From: an uncultured Armatimonadetes bacterium | GTDB taxonomy: Bacteria; Armatimonadota; Hebobacteria; Hebobacterales; Hebobacteraceae | NCBI GenBank assembly: GCA_963716175.1 | Contig: OY970296.1 | Location: 864,001-928,000, forward strand | Direction: 5' to 3' | Length of the DNA stretch: 64,000 bases | Shown: piece after piece, positions 18,671 to 28,787 of the stretch | Position numbering within the stretch: the first letter of the stretch is position 1 | Layout: each line of letters starts with the position of its first letter | Translations under genes and position numbers: made by a program | The notes under the pieces: model-generated | Databases searched by the model: none | What the model was told of the DNA's origin: nothing | The model's input: the letters and a program-made list of their open reading frames with translations, nothing else

Positions 18671-21600
18671 GTGATCGAACGCATCATTGACTACTCTGCC
18701 CGGAACCCGTTCGTCATTGTGCTGTTCGTCATGATCATGATCGGCTGGGGGGTATGGTCACTGCTCAGCGTCCCCCTGGATGCCATCCCGGACCTCTCCG
18801 ATGTCCAGGTCATCATCTACACCGAGTGGCCGGGGCGCAGCCCCAATCTGGTGGAAGATCAGATCACCTACCCCATCGTCACCAGCCTGCTGGGCGCGCC
18901 GCGGGTGAGCGTGGTCAGGGGCCAGTCCATCTTCGGCGCGTCCTTTGTCTATGTCATCTTCGAGGACGGGACCGACATCTACTGGGCCCGCAGTCGCGTG
19001 CTGGAGTACATGAGCGGTGCCGCCGCCCGGCTGCCCGCCGGGGTGACGCCGCGCTTGGGGCCCGACGCCACCGGGGTGGGCTGGGTCTACGAGTACACGC
19101 TGGCCGAGAAACCCATAGACCCGGTGACTGGAAAGGTGATCTCGCGGCAGACCTTGTACCGCGAGGACTACGGCGGCAAGCTGTTCTTCTTCGCGTCCGG
19201 CGCTTCCCAGGCCAGCTTCAACGTCGACCCCGCGCGCTACGCCAGCCGGCCCTCCCACGTGCCATCGAAGTACAACCTGGCCCAACTGCGCGCCTTTCAG
19301 GACTGGCATCTCAAGTACTGGCTGAACAGCGTGCCCGGCGTGGCCGAGGTGGCCAGCGTGGGTGGTTTCCAGCAGCAGTATCAGGTGACCGTTGACCCCA
19401 ACGCCCTCTTCGCTTACGGCATCAGCATGGATCGGGTGATGACGGCCATCCGCGCCGGCAACAACGACGTAGGCGGAGGCACCATCGAGTTGTCCGGGAG
19501 GGAGTACATGGTGCGCGGCCGCGGCTACGTCAAGTCCATCGCCGACATCGAGAACATGCCGCTCGGCACCGACAACCGCGGCACGCCGGTCCTGGTGCGG
19601 GATGTGGGCAGTGTGCGGCTGGGCCCGGAGATGCGGCGGGGCGTCGCCGACCTGGACGGCGAAGGCGACGTGGTCGGGGGGATCGTGGTGATGCGGTTCG
19701 GCGAGAACGCGCTGAACGTGATCAACCGGGTGAAGGAGAGGATCCGGGAGATTCAGCCGGCCCTGCCGGAGGGCATCGAGCTCGTCCCCACCTACGACCG
19801 CTCTGCTCTGATCGCTCGCTCCATCGCCACCCTCCGCCGGACCCTGATCGAGGAGTCCATCATCGTCTCCCTGGTGATCATCATCTTCCTGCTGCACTTC
19901 CGTAGCGCGCTCCGCGCCATCGTCACCCTACCCATCGCGGTGCTGATCGCCTTCATCCCCATGTACTACATGCACCTCACCTCCAACATCATGTCCCTGG
20001 GAGGCATCGCCATCGCCATCGGGGCCATGGTGGACGAGGCGGTGGTGATGATCGAGAACGTGCATAAGAAGCTCGAGCACGCCCCGCCAGAGGCGAACCG
20101 CAAAGAGCTGATCATCGAGGCCTGCAAGGAGATCGGCCGCCCCATGTTCTTCTCCCTGCTGGTGATCACGGTCTCCTTCATGCCGGTGTTCACTCTCCAG
20201 CAGCAGGAGGGAAGGCTCTTCCGGCCCCTCGCCTACACCAAGACCTTCTCCATGGCCAGCGCCGCCATCCTCTCCATCACCCTCGCCCCCATGCTCATGG
20301 TCGTCCTGGGCAGCGGGGGCCGCATCGTCCCCGAGAGCCAGCATCCCATCTCCCGCTGGCTGCAAGGTTGGTATCACCCCTGGGTGAGCGCGCTCATCCG
20401 GCGCCGGGTGCTATCCATCATTATCGCCGTGCTCGCCGTGCTCTCCGCCGCGCCGCTCTTGCCCAGCGTCCACGACCTGCTGCCGGCTGCGATTCGCAGA
20501 CTGCCATTCGTCCATCGCCTCCGGTTGGGGTCTGAGTTCATGCCCGAGCTGAACGAGGGCGATCTCCTCTACATGCCCATCACCGTGCCTGGCATCTCCG
20601 TCACCTCCGCCCGCGACCTGCTGCAGGTCCAGGACAAGATTCTCCGCACCTTCCCGGAGGTGGAGCGCGTGTTCGGCAAGGTGGGCCGCTCTGACACCTC
20701 CACCGACCCCGCGCCCCTGAGCATGGTGGAGACCACCATCATGATCAAGCCCGAGTCCCAGTGGCGGCCGGGCATGACCTGGGAGAAGCTGAAGAGCGAA
20801 ATGGAGCGGGCCGTCTCCCTGCCCGGCACCAGGGGCTCGCTGCTGTGGCCCATCAAGACTCGCATTGACATGCTCACCACCGGCCTGCGCGCGCCTCTCG
20901 GCGTCAAGGTCTTCGGGCCCGACATCGCCGAATGCGAGCGCATCGGTGACCACATCGCCATGGTGCTGCACGATGTGCCCGGCACCGGCAGCTCCTACGT
21001 GGAGCGGGTCACCGGCGCCTCCTACATAGACATCATCCCCCGCCGCGCCGACGCCGCCCGCTATGGCCTGGGGGTGGAGGAGGTGCTGGCGATCGTCGAG
21101 TCCTCCATCGGCGGCATGGACGTAGACACCGCGGTGGAGGAAGAGAGCGCTACGGCATCAATGTCCGCTACTACCGCGAGCTGCGAGATGAGCTGGACAA
21201 GCTCGACCGGGTGTTGGTGCCGATTCCTTCGGGTGCCCACGTGCCCCTGGCCGAGCTGGCCGATATCCGCGTCACCACCGGGGCCGACATGATCCGCGAC
21301 GAGAATGGCTCGCTCAGCGGCTGGGTCCTGATCTACCCCACGCGTGATATTGGCAGCTACGTCGCCGACGCGCGCAAGGCGGTCGAGCGGAACGTCAAGG
21401 TGCCCCCGGGCTACTACCTCGACTGGTCAGGCCAGTACGAGTACCTGCGGCGGATGCACGACCGGCTGCTGATCGTGGTCCCCCTCACCATCTTCATCAT
21501 CATCGTGGTGCTCTACTTCAACTTCCACTCCGCCGCTGAGACTGCCATCGTGATGCTCTCCCTTCCCTTCGCCATCACCGGCAGCCTCTGGATGCTCCAC

Positions 21601-21990
21601 TTCCTCAACTATCGGCTCTCGGCTGCGGTCTGGGTGGGCATCATCGCCCTCGCCGGCCTCGCCGCCGAAACCGGCGTGGTGATGATCGTCTACCTGGACG
21701 AGGCCTTCCACCGCCACCAGCGGGAGGGCAAGATGCAGAGCCAGCACGATCTCTTCGCGGCCATCACCGAGGGAGCGGTGCAGCGGGTGCGTCCCAAGAT
21801 CATGACCGTGATGTGTATCCTCATGGGCCTGCTGCCCCTGATGTGGGCCCAGGGCTCGGGCGCAGATGTCATGCGCCGCATCGCCGCCCCCATGATCGGC
21901 GGTGTCATCACCTCCACCATCCTCACCCTCGAAATCGTCCCGGCGATCTACTCCTTCTGGAGACAGCGGCAGATCGGGCGGGGGGAGTGA
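18671..21990 (+). CDS. cusA: Heavy-metal RND permease CusA (Cu+/Ag+), 1-bp frameshift near 21140, with a YHS-like insertion
   Basis: DAIPDLSDVQVII, GPDATGVGW, three Met sites (EGDLLYMP, DPAPLSMVET, RIDML), RVRPKIMT. Adding one G at GAGG(G)AAGA restores EGRERYGINVRY and joins ORF 21211..21990. Confidence 0.92.
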
Positions 21991-22020
21991 ACCACCCGCG
22001 GGCCAACCCAATAGGGCCGG

Positions 22021-22044
22021 CTTGCCCTGAGCGGAGCCGAAGGG
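22021..22044. repeat. Short repeat CTTGCCCTGAGCGGAGCCGAAGGG
   Basis: Its reverse complement resembles TCTTCGATTCCGCTCAGGGTAAA at about 53813-53835. Confidence 0.55.
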
Positions 22045-22182
22045 CTCGTGACAGTCAGTAGGGTAGCTCCGCGACCTGCCCGCTGGTCCACGGCTGGTCC
22101 GCAGCCTGCGCACGCCGCGGCAACCACTGAAGCAAGGAGTTGAGGCCCCCGGGTCGAAGACAGGCGAAGCAAGGAGTGGCAC

Positions 22183-22962
22183 ATGGCGCGCATCTGCAAC
22201 TCGATGTACAGCTTCCATCGCTTGTTCTACGCAGGGAAGATGACTGCGACTGAGTTCCCGAGTGTCTGCGCCTCCCTGGGCATCAGGGAGATCGAGCCCT
22301 TGGACCGCTGGATCCCCAGCGATGACGCCGGGCTCTCTCGCTTCGAGGCCGCGATCAAGGAGGCGAACTGCGCGGTGGCCCAGCTCACCTGCGGCATCGG
22401 GCTGTTCGCGGCCGATGAGGCGAAGCGCCGGGAGAAGGTGGAGGAGGCGAAGCAGTGGGCCCGTATCGCCCACCGGCTCGGCGCGCCGGCAATGCGCATT
22501 GACACCGGCTGGGAGGTAGAGGACATGGCCCTGGGCATGAAGCAAGTGATCAAGAGCTTCCAGGAAATCGCTCCGCTGTGCGAAGAGTTGGGGGTGGTGG
22601 CGACCATCGAGAACCACGGCGGTGTGAGCAAGAGCGCCGACGACATCGTCAAGATCATCGAGGCCGTGGGCTCCAAGCACCTTGGGACTTGCCCCGATTT
22701 CGGCAACTTCGCCGAGGAAGTGCGCTACGATTCCCTGGCCAAGCTCGCGCCCTACGCCGCGCATATCCACGCCAAGACCCTCAAGTTCGATCCGCGGGGA
22801 AACGAGACTGCCTTCGACTACCCGCACTGCGTGAGGATATTCAGGGATGCCGGTTATCGGGGTGCCTGGGGCATCGAGTTCGAGGGGGAACTGGAGGGCG
22901 CGACGCCGGACGAGCTGACCGGAGTCAGGCTGACCAAGGCACTGCTGGAGCGGCTGGTCTAG
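22183..22962 (+). CDS. Sugar phosphate isomerase/epimerase (xylose isomerase-like TIM barrel)
   Basis: IENHGG, TCPDFGNF, HIHAK, GYRGAWGIEFEG motifs; AAGGAG RBS. Confidence 0.9.
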   Translation: MARICNSMYSFHRLFYAGKMTATEFPSVCASLGIREIEPLDRWIPSDDAGLSRFEAAIKEANCAVAQLTCGIGLFAADEAKRREKVEEAKQWARIAHRLGAPAMRIDTGWEVEDMALGMKQVIKSFQEIAPLCEELGVVATIENHGGVSKSADDIVKIIEAVGSKHLGTCPDFGNFAEEVRYDSLAKLAPYAAHIHAKTLKFDPRGNETAFDYPHCVRIFRDAGYRGAWGIEFEGELEGATPDELTGVRLTKALLERLV

Positions 22963-22979
22963 CCGCGAGCCCACGGGTG

Positions 22980-24977
22980 CTATCGGCCTGGTTCGTGCTT
23001 CTTGCAGCGGTAGATCGTTCGCGTCAGGTCGTCTGCGAGGCCCCACCACTCGCTTGGCTCGCAACAGCCGCGATCACCCCAGCCACTGTAGTCGCAGGCT
23101 ACGGCCATGCTGGGCAACAGAACAACTCGGCCCATGCTGCCCGCACACATCACGCCCGAGCCACCAACGAGGTCGTCCAGGCCGCTGACCATATCACGCA
23201 AGACTGCTCTGCACTCCAGCCCGAATTCCGACAGCACAATGCGCTCGGGAAGCTCGTGCATGTCACTCAGGCGGGCGATCAGAGCTGCGGCCCCGAGGTA
23301 CTCCAAGTGATTGGGGTGGAACTCGCCTTGGGGGGCGCTCATTATGCTGCCCAGATGTGCAACAAGCAGACGAGGCCTGGGTAACTCGTGAAAAGCGGCA
23401 ACCAATGGCAGGTCCTCGGCCCAACCTGTGTCTCCGGTGAAGGCCACGGTACCCTCGACGTTCCCAGGCTCCGCTGGGCTTAGCAGCTTCAGGGCCACAG
23501 ACAGCGCGTGCTCAGAACCCCCCAGTTCCTTATGCCGGGCGTGCAACGGCAAGGCCTCGATGCAGTACCCCGCCAGCGGTGTCGGTTCCCCCTCCATCAG
23601 GCGCACGAGGCCCCCGACATCCTGCGAAGTTGCCACCATCCCGGCGTAGGCCTCCAGGACCGAAGGGGCCAGGAACAGATCAACCTTCCGCTTTGCTGCG
23701 GGGTGCAGTTCATTGTACTCGTGCACCAACGTGAGAATGTGGGGCAGTTCAGCCACGTGGTCAATGTGGTTATGTGTCACCAGCACCCCGTCAACATCCG
23801 CTAACCCGAAACCCCCGTCATGCAGGTTGGCCAGGAAACCAGGCCCCGGGTCTACCACCAATCCTTTCCCACCCCACCGCAGAAGGTAGCCTCCACCACG
23901 CGCGGCACTTTCACCCGGCACCAGCGGTTGCCACGAATTCCACTCCCGGGCAAAGAACATGGCCTGGCCTGGTCCGCCGCCTCGTTTCGCCAGGAACGCC
24001 TCGCGGTCTTTGTCGGATCTGTCCACCCCTTCTAGAAGCGGCCCCAGTTGCTCTCCTGCGCGCTGCAAGAGCCCGCTCATCGCCGTCTGTTCGGGCGGCC
24101 TCGCGGTGCCCGACATCAGCGCCTCGATCTCACTCGCGTCGCTGGCCGCGATCGCTGCCCACCGAGGCAGGCCTAGTTCCCGGTACCCCGCCTCAGCCTG
24201 GCGAATGTGCTCCAGCGCGTCGCGCACCTTGCCGAGTTGGCGCAAGCACCGGCCTAGGCTGCGGCGCGCATTCGCCTCCCCCAGCCGAGACTTCACCTCC
24301 CGATAGATGCCCAAGGCCTCCTCGTGCCGACCCAATGCCTCCGAGTAACGGCCCTGCCTCCGCAGCGCGTCCCCCATCGAGTCCAGCGCATTCGCCTCCC
24401 CCACCCGAGACTTCAGCTCCCGGTAGATCCCCAACGCCTCCTCATGCCGAGCCAACGCCTCCGGGTCACGACCCTGCCCCCGCAGCGCCTCGCCCATCGA
24501 GTACAGCGCAGTCGCCTCCCCCAGCCGATCCTTCAGCTCCCGGTAGATCCCCAACGCCTCCTCATGCCGAGCCAACGCCTCCGGGTAACGGCCCTGCCCC
24601 CGCAGCGCGTCGCCCATCGAGTGCAGGGCATTCGCCTCCCCCTGCCGGTACTTCAGCTCCCGGTAGATCCCCAACGCCTCCTCATGCCGAGCCAACGCCT
24701 CCGCGTAACGGCCCTGCATGCGCAGCGCGTCGCCCATCCAGCGCAGCGCATTCGCCTCCCCCAGCCGATCCTTCAGCTCCCGGTAGATCCCCAACGCCTC
24801 CTCATGCCGAGCGACGGCCTCGTCGCAACGTTCCTGCCAGTAGGCCACCAGCCCGCGAAGCCAAGCGCAGTCTGCGGCCGCGGCGCGGGTTCCAGACCCG
24901 GCCACCTCCGCAATGGCCGCTTGGGCCTCGGCCCACCTCCGCCTAGATATGAGAGCCGCGATCTCCCCTCGCGTCAT
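22980..24977 (-). CDS. TPR-repeat protein fused to a metallo-beta-lactamase-fold hydrolase
   Basis: GGAGGAGG RBS then MTRGEIAA; about six 40-aa TPRs (GEANAL.SMGDALR.QGRY.EALARHEEALGIYRELK); MBL motifs GGGYLL, VDPG, THNHIDH, HARH, FTGDT; Cys-rich tail. Confidence 0.85.
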   Translation of the reverse strand: MTRGEIAALISRRRWAEAQAAIAEVAGSGTRAAAADCAWLRGLVAYWQERCDEAVARHEEALGIYRELKDRLGEANALRWMGDALRMQGRYAEALARHEEALGIYRELKYRQGEANALHSMGDALRGQGRYPEALARHEEALGIYRELKDRLGEATALYSMGEALRGQGRDPEALARHEEALGIYRELKSRVGEANALDSMGDALRRQGRYSEALGRHEEALGIYREVKSRLGEANARRSLGRCLRQLGKVRDALEHIRQAEAGYRELGLPRWAAIAASDASEIEALMSGTARPPEQTAMSGLLQRAGEQLGPLLEGVDRSDKDREAFLAKRGGGPGQAMFFAREWNSWQPLVPGESAARGGGYLLRWGGKGLVVDPGPGFLANLHDGGFGLADVDGVLVTHNHIDHVAELPHILTLVHEYNELHPAAKRKVDLFLAPSVLEAYAGMVATSQDVGGLVRLMEGEPTPLAGYCIEALPLHARHKELGGSEHALSVALKLLSPAEPGNVEGTVAFTGDTGWAEDLPLVAAFHELPRPRLLVAHLGSIMSAPQGEFHPNHLEYLGAAALIARLSDMHELPERIVLSEFGLECRAVLRDMVSGLDDLVGGSGVMCAGSMGRVVLLPSMAVACDYSGWGDRGCCEPSEWWGLADDLTRTIYRCKKHEPGR
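24265..24815. repeat. Near-identical 120-bp tandem repeat encoding TPRs (about 4.5 copies)
   Basis: CGGTAGATCCCCAACGCCTCCTCATGCCGAGC recurs at 24421, 24541, 24661 and 24781, with a variant at 24301. Confidence 0.95.
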
Positions 24978-25109
24978 CCTGGTCCTCCTCCCGGAGGCTG
25001 AGTACGGCGCGTGCATCGTATCATGCGTGCCAGGCAAGAGCAAGCGACCCGTCGGGCAGGGACTCCGACCCTGGGGGTCGAAGAATCGGCCCGAGCGGAG
25101 GAGACAGGA

Positions 25110-25856
25110 ATGGTGGAGCTGACCGATCGCGACCGCGAGATGTTCAAGCGGCAGATCCAGATGCCGGGGTTCGGGGAGGAGGCGCAGCGCAAGCTCAAGG
25201 CCTCCTCGGCCCTGGTGAGTCGGGTCGGCGGCCTGGGGGGGCCGACCGCGCTCTATCTCGCCATGGCCGGAATCGGCAAGCTCATCATCGCCCACTCGGG
25301 CAACCTCACCTGGTCGAACCTGAACCGGCAGATCCTGATGCGATATGACTACGTGGGCAAGCCCCGCATCGAGTGCGCCGGCGAGCTGTTCGCGCGACTG
25401 AACCCGCATGTCGAGGTGGTGGCGATCGGCGAGAACGCCAACCTGGAGCGGGCGCGGGAGTGGGTCTCCCAGGTGGATGTCGTGTGCGATTGCCCGCCCA
25501 GCTTCGAGGAGCGCTACGCGCTCAACCAGGCCTGCGTGGAGCTGCGCAAGCCCATGATCGAGGCCGCCATGTATGGGATGGAGGGCAGCCTCACCACCAT
25601 CATCCCCGGCGAGACGCCCTGCCTCGCCTGCCTGGTGCCGGAGCAGCCGGCCTGGTGGCGCCCCCTCGGGTTCCCGGTCCTGGGGGCAGTCTCCGCGGCT
25701 CTGGGATGCTTCACCGCGGTCGAGGCCATGAAAGTGCTTACCGGATTCGGCAAGCCTCTGAAGGGTCAGATGCTAACCTACGATGCCGACGAAATGGAGT
25801 TCCTCAAGTTCCCGGTGAAGCGGCGGCCCAACTGCCCTGTGTGCGGCCACCTCTAG
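25110..25856 (+). CDS. HesA/MoeB/ThiF family E1-like adenylyltransferase
   Basis: RQIQMPGFGEEAQRKL, VGGLGG, SNLNRQIL, TPCLAC, C-terminal CPVC zinc site. Confidence 0.9.
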   Translation: MVELTDRDREMFKRQIQMPGFGEEAQRKLKASSALVSRVGGLGGPTALYLAMAGIGKLIIAHSGNLTWSNLNRQILMRYDYVGKPRIECAGELFARLNPHVEVVAIGENANLERAREWVSQVDVVCDCPPSFEERYALNQACVELRKPMIEAAMYGMEGSLTTIIPGETPCLACLVPEQPAWWRPLGFPVLGAVSAALGCFTAVEAMKVLTGFGKPLKGQMLTYDADEMEFLKFPVKRRPNCPVCGHL

Positions 25857-25892
25857 CCGATAGGCGGTACCAAGCAAGGCAAGATAGCGCCT

Positions 25893-26828
25893 ATGGCAAA
25901 GGCAAAGAAGCCGGGCAGCAAGATGGCGGCCAAGGTATCGTCACGCGCGAAGCGGCCCACCGCGGCGAAGAGGAAGGTCCCGGCCGGGGCGAAGGCCGCG
26001 CAGGCGCCGGTGCTGCTGCGCCCCGTGCCGCTCTATGAGTTCACCACCGCCGGCCTGGCTGGCCACGTGCGCCTGACCGATCCGGGCCGGGGGATCACCT
26101 TCTCCGCCGGCGCCGAGGGCAAGCCGCTCCCCGCCTTCTCCCAGGAGGTCCTTTCCCTCCGCCACTACCTCGCGCGAGCCGACAGCGGCCTGCTGGCGCC
26201 GCGAGAGGAGTCGGCCTGCGAGGGCAAGATCGACAAGCAGACCGTGGTCTTCAGCTATGAACGCCCGCCCAGTTGGCCGGTGACGGCCAGCGTCCGCTAC
26301 CAGCTGCTGCCCGAGGGCGGGGCCGACGCCAGCTTCGCCTTCCGTTTCGCCAAGCCGCTCTGGGGGTTCGAGGCCGGCATCGAGACCCTGATGCCCAGGT
26401 ACCACCCCTCCGTCTACGTTCACTCGGGTGGCGCTTGGGCCCGCGCCGTGCCGGGGCCCCAGGCCCAGCGCTTCTACCCGCGCAACCTGCGCGCGGCGGA
26501 GCTGATCGCCGATGGGCGCTGGGACGCGCTGCGCCTGGCCGGCATCGCCCTGGCGGTCGAGCCGCAGGGCTACGACTACCCCGTGGTGGTAGTACGGGAC
26601 GAGAGAACTGGCTGGGCGCTGGTCTACATGGCGCTCACCGAGGAGTGCAGCTCGGTCTGGGTGAACGGCGCCCACCGTACCATTGGCCTGGCCCTGGTGG
26701 GTGCGGATGTGAAAGCGCAGTCCACCGCCAACTGCCGGCTGCGCGTCGCCCTCTGCCAGGCGGGTGGGCTCGATGACGCGCTCTCGCACTACCGCGGCTT
26801 CGTCCAAGAAGCACGCGGGCGACAGTAG
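25893..26828 (+). CDS. Hypothetical protein (Lys/Ala-rich N-terminus, beta-sandwich core)
   Basis: 311-aa ORF with host-like codon bias; no confident family. Confidence 0.65.
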   Translation: MAKAKKPGSKMAAKVSSRAKRPTAAKRKVPAGAKAAQAPVLLRPVPLYEFTTAGLAGHVRLTDPGRGITFSAGAEGKPLPAFSQEVLSLRHYLARADSGLLAPREESACEGKIDKQTVVFSYERPPSWPVTASVRYQLLPEGGADASFAFRFAKPLWGFEAGIETLMPRYHPSVYVHSGGAWARAVPGPQAQRFYPRNLRAAELIADGRWDALRLAGIALAVEPQGYDYPVVVVRDERTGWALVYMALTEECSSVWVNGAHRTIGLALVGADVKAQSTANCRLRVALCQAGGLDDALSHYRGFVQEARGRQ

Positions 26829-26902
26829 CCGCTGCCTGCCTTCGGCCTTGCCCTCTCCTTCTGCCCGCCGGAGAAGACGGCTGCTCGCCGGCGTGTCCCT
26901 GC

Positions 26903-28309
26903 TTACCTGATCTGACTCGAGGCCGGAGAGAAGGCCCTCTGGGCCGCGCGCCACGGGCTGATCATCAGGTGGTGGACCAGGTCGCGCAACCGCCGCGGCT
27001 GCTCCTCCGGCAGGTGAGGTATGACCAGGAACGTGTGCAGCAGCCTCGCCGCGATGGAGAGAAACATCAGGAAATGGAGATGGCCAAAGGTGTAGCTGGC
27101 GAGATGGAAGTGCACCGGCTTCAGGGCCTGGGCCAGCGCGCCACTGAGGGTGGGGGCGACGACCCAGCCCAGGCTGGAGGCGAAAGCCAGCATCGCCATA
27201 TAGGCCGAGCGGTTCTCCCGCGGGGTGAGCGCGAACAGCATGTTCATATCGCCCACCTGGATGGCGGCCCCGAACAGCCCACCGACGAGGGCCGAGGCGG
27301 CCAGCAGCACATGGTAGTGGCCGGGCGTGGCCAGCGCCCAGCACACGGGGTAGCTCAGGCTCATCAGGGTGCCCAGGGTGACCAGGGGCCTGGAGCCAAA
27401 GCGATCGCAGACCGCGCCCCAGGCCGGCAGCGCGATAGCCGTGAAGATCATGGGCAGCACGTTGACATAGGCATTGGAGTAGAAGTTGCCGATCTTCAGG
27501 AACTCCAGGCTCATCAGCCAGAAGAACGGGCCCGCGATCCCGAACATGAAGGACTCGCTCAAGGCGTACAGCAGATAGCCGCGAAAGGGCCGGTTGCCGA
27601 GCGGGCCCAGGATCACATCGCGGAGCCGCCAGGGCGGGCCCTGGCGGGCCGGCATGGGCGGCTCCCGGACCGTCCAGAACAATTGGATGTCAACCAGGCC
27701 AACCACGGCCGCGGCGCTGAAGATGATAGTGAACACGGTGAAGCTGCTATCGCGATCAACCACCCAGGAGACCGCGGCCGAGACTATCACCGCGGTGGCG
27801 GTGGCAAGGGCGGCGCGCTTGCCCAGGTAGCGGCCGCGAATCCTCTCGGGCACCACGTCGGCAAACCAGGAGAACCAGGCCGGGTTGGCGACATGACCAC
27901 AGGTCGCTCCCACCATCATCAGCGCGAGCAGCGCCGCTATCCGCAGGCTCGGATATCGGTCGGAGACGATCCAGGGCAGTGCCGCGACGCCCAGCCAGAT
28001 CAGCCGGTTGCCGGAGAAGGCGCTCATGAACAAGAGCCGACGTCTGCGCTTGCGCTCCACCCAGTAAGAGCCCGGCAACTGCGCCAGCACCGCCGCGAAC
28101 GGCAGCGCGGACAGCAGCCCGAACATGAACGTCGAAACCCCCAGCCGGGTGCGGGCGAAGGTCACGAAGGGCGCGCCCGAGACCATGCTCGCCCAGGCCG
28201 ACCCGAAGATGCCCCAGGCGAGGGCCGCGATCATGAGCGCGTGCCGCGTCTCGGCGGGGCTCAGTGGTTGATCCCTATCGGGAGTGGTCGGGTCCGGGCC
28301 GGTCGGCAC
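26903..28309 (-). CDS. MFS transporter
   Basis: About 12 TM helices; DVVPERIRGRYLG and WGAVCDRFGSRP motifs. Confidence 0.9.
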   Translation of the reverse strand: MPTGPDPTTPDRDQPLSPAETRHALMIAALAWGIFGSAWASMVSGAPFVTFARTRLGVSTFMFGLLSALPFAAVLAQLPGSYWVERKRRRRLLFMSAFSGNRLIWLGVAALPWIVSDRYPSLRIAALLALMMVGATCGHVANPAWFSWFADVVPERIRGRYLGKRAALATATAVIVSAAVSWVVDRDSSFTVFTIIFSAAAVVGLVDIQLFWTVREPPMPARQGPPWRLRDVILGPLGNRPFRGYLLYALSESFMFGIAGPFFWLMSLEFLKIGNFYSNAYVNVLPMIFTAIALPAWGAVCDRFGSRPLVTLGTLMSLSYPVCWALATPGHYHVLLAASALVGGLFGAAIQVGDMNMLFALTPRENRSAYMAMLAFASSLGWVVAPTLSGALAQALKPVHFHLASYTFGHLHFLMFLSIAARLLHTFLVIPHLPEEQPRRLRDLVHHLMISPWRAAQRAFSPASSQIR

Positions 28310-28394
28310 AGCTAGCTCTTCTCTGCCTGGGTCTTCACTAGCATTCGCCCTGGCCCCTGCGCCGCCCTGCGCCGGGCGCGGTCCGAAGGCCGCG

Positions 28395-28787
28395 CTACCA
28401 GGGAATCACGGGCGGCTGGGGGCCGAAGTAGATGAGATGCGCCGGGCAGCGGCAGTCGCTCGATCCGAAGCCGCGCACGACCACCTGAGCCTCCGGCTGG
28501 GCGAGCACAGCCCGATTGCGCTCGCATTCCATATTGTCCGTGGTCGCGATCGCGATCACCGTCACGAGCTCAGCCCTGCGCAGCAGGAAGTCAATGTGCC
28601 ATCGCAGCCTTTTCCTCCGCTTACGATGCCGCGCGAGACGGGCCTCGAGGCCATTCATCGCGCTTCCGGTATAGACGTAGTAGCCTGCGGGGAAACTGAA
28701 CTCACCGAGCTGGCCAACGCGGATCGCGGTATCCGCCTGGAGGCGGAGAACGAGATGATAGATGCCGGAGGTGCGCTCCGGTCTCAT
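28395..28787 (-). CDS. DUF123 / GIY-YIG (Uri superfamily) nuclease-like protein
   Basis: GIYHL...GYYVYTGSA...RLARH...RWHIDFL...GFGSSDCRCPAHL. Confidence 0.88.
   Translation of the reverse strand: MRPERTSGIYHLVLRLQADTAIRVGQLGEFSFPAGYYVYTGSAMNGLEARLARHRKRRKRLRWHIDFLLRRAELVTVIAIATTDNMECERNRAVLAQPEAQVVVRGFGSSDCRCPAHLIYFGPQPPVIPW

Noticed and set aside
24265-24815. CRISPR array
   Set aside because: The 120-bp units are contiguous, in-frame coding TPR repeats with no unique spacers, and there are no cas genes.
15350-25856. Bacterial ubiquitination (Bil/CBASS-like) system from the ThiS-like and E1-like genes
   Set aside because: The genes are 10 kb apart, there is no E2 or JAB gene, and the Ubl lacks Gly-Gly.
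28395-28787. Homing endonuclease or mobile intron
   Set aside because: It is a standalone short DUF123-type gene within an operon, with no interrupted host gene.
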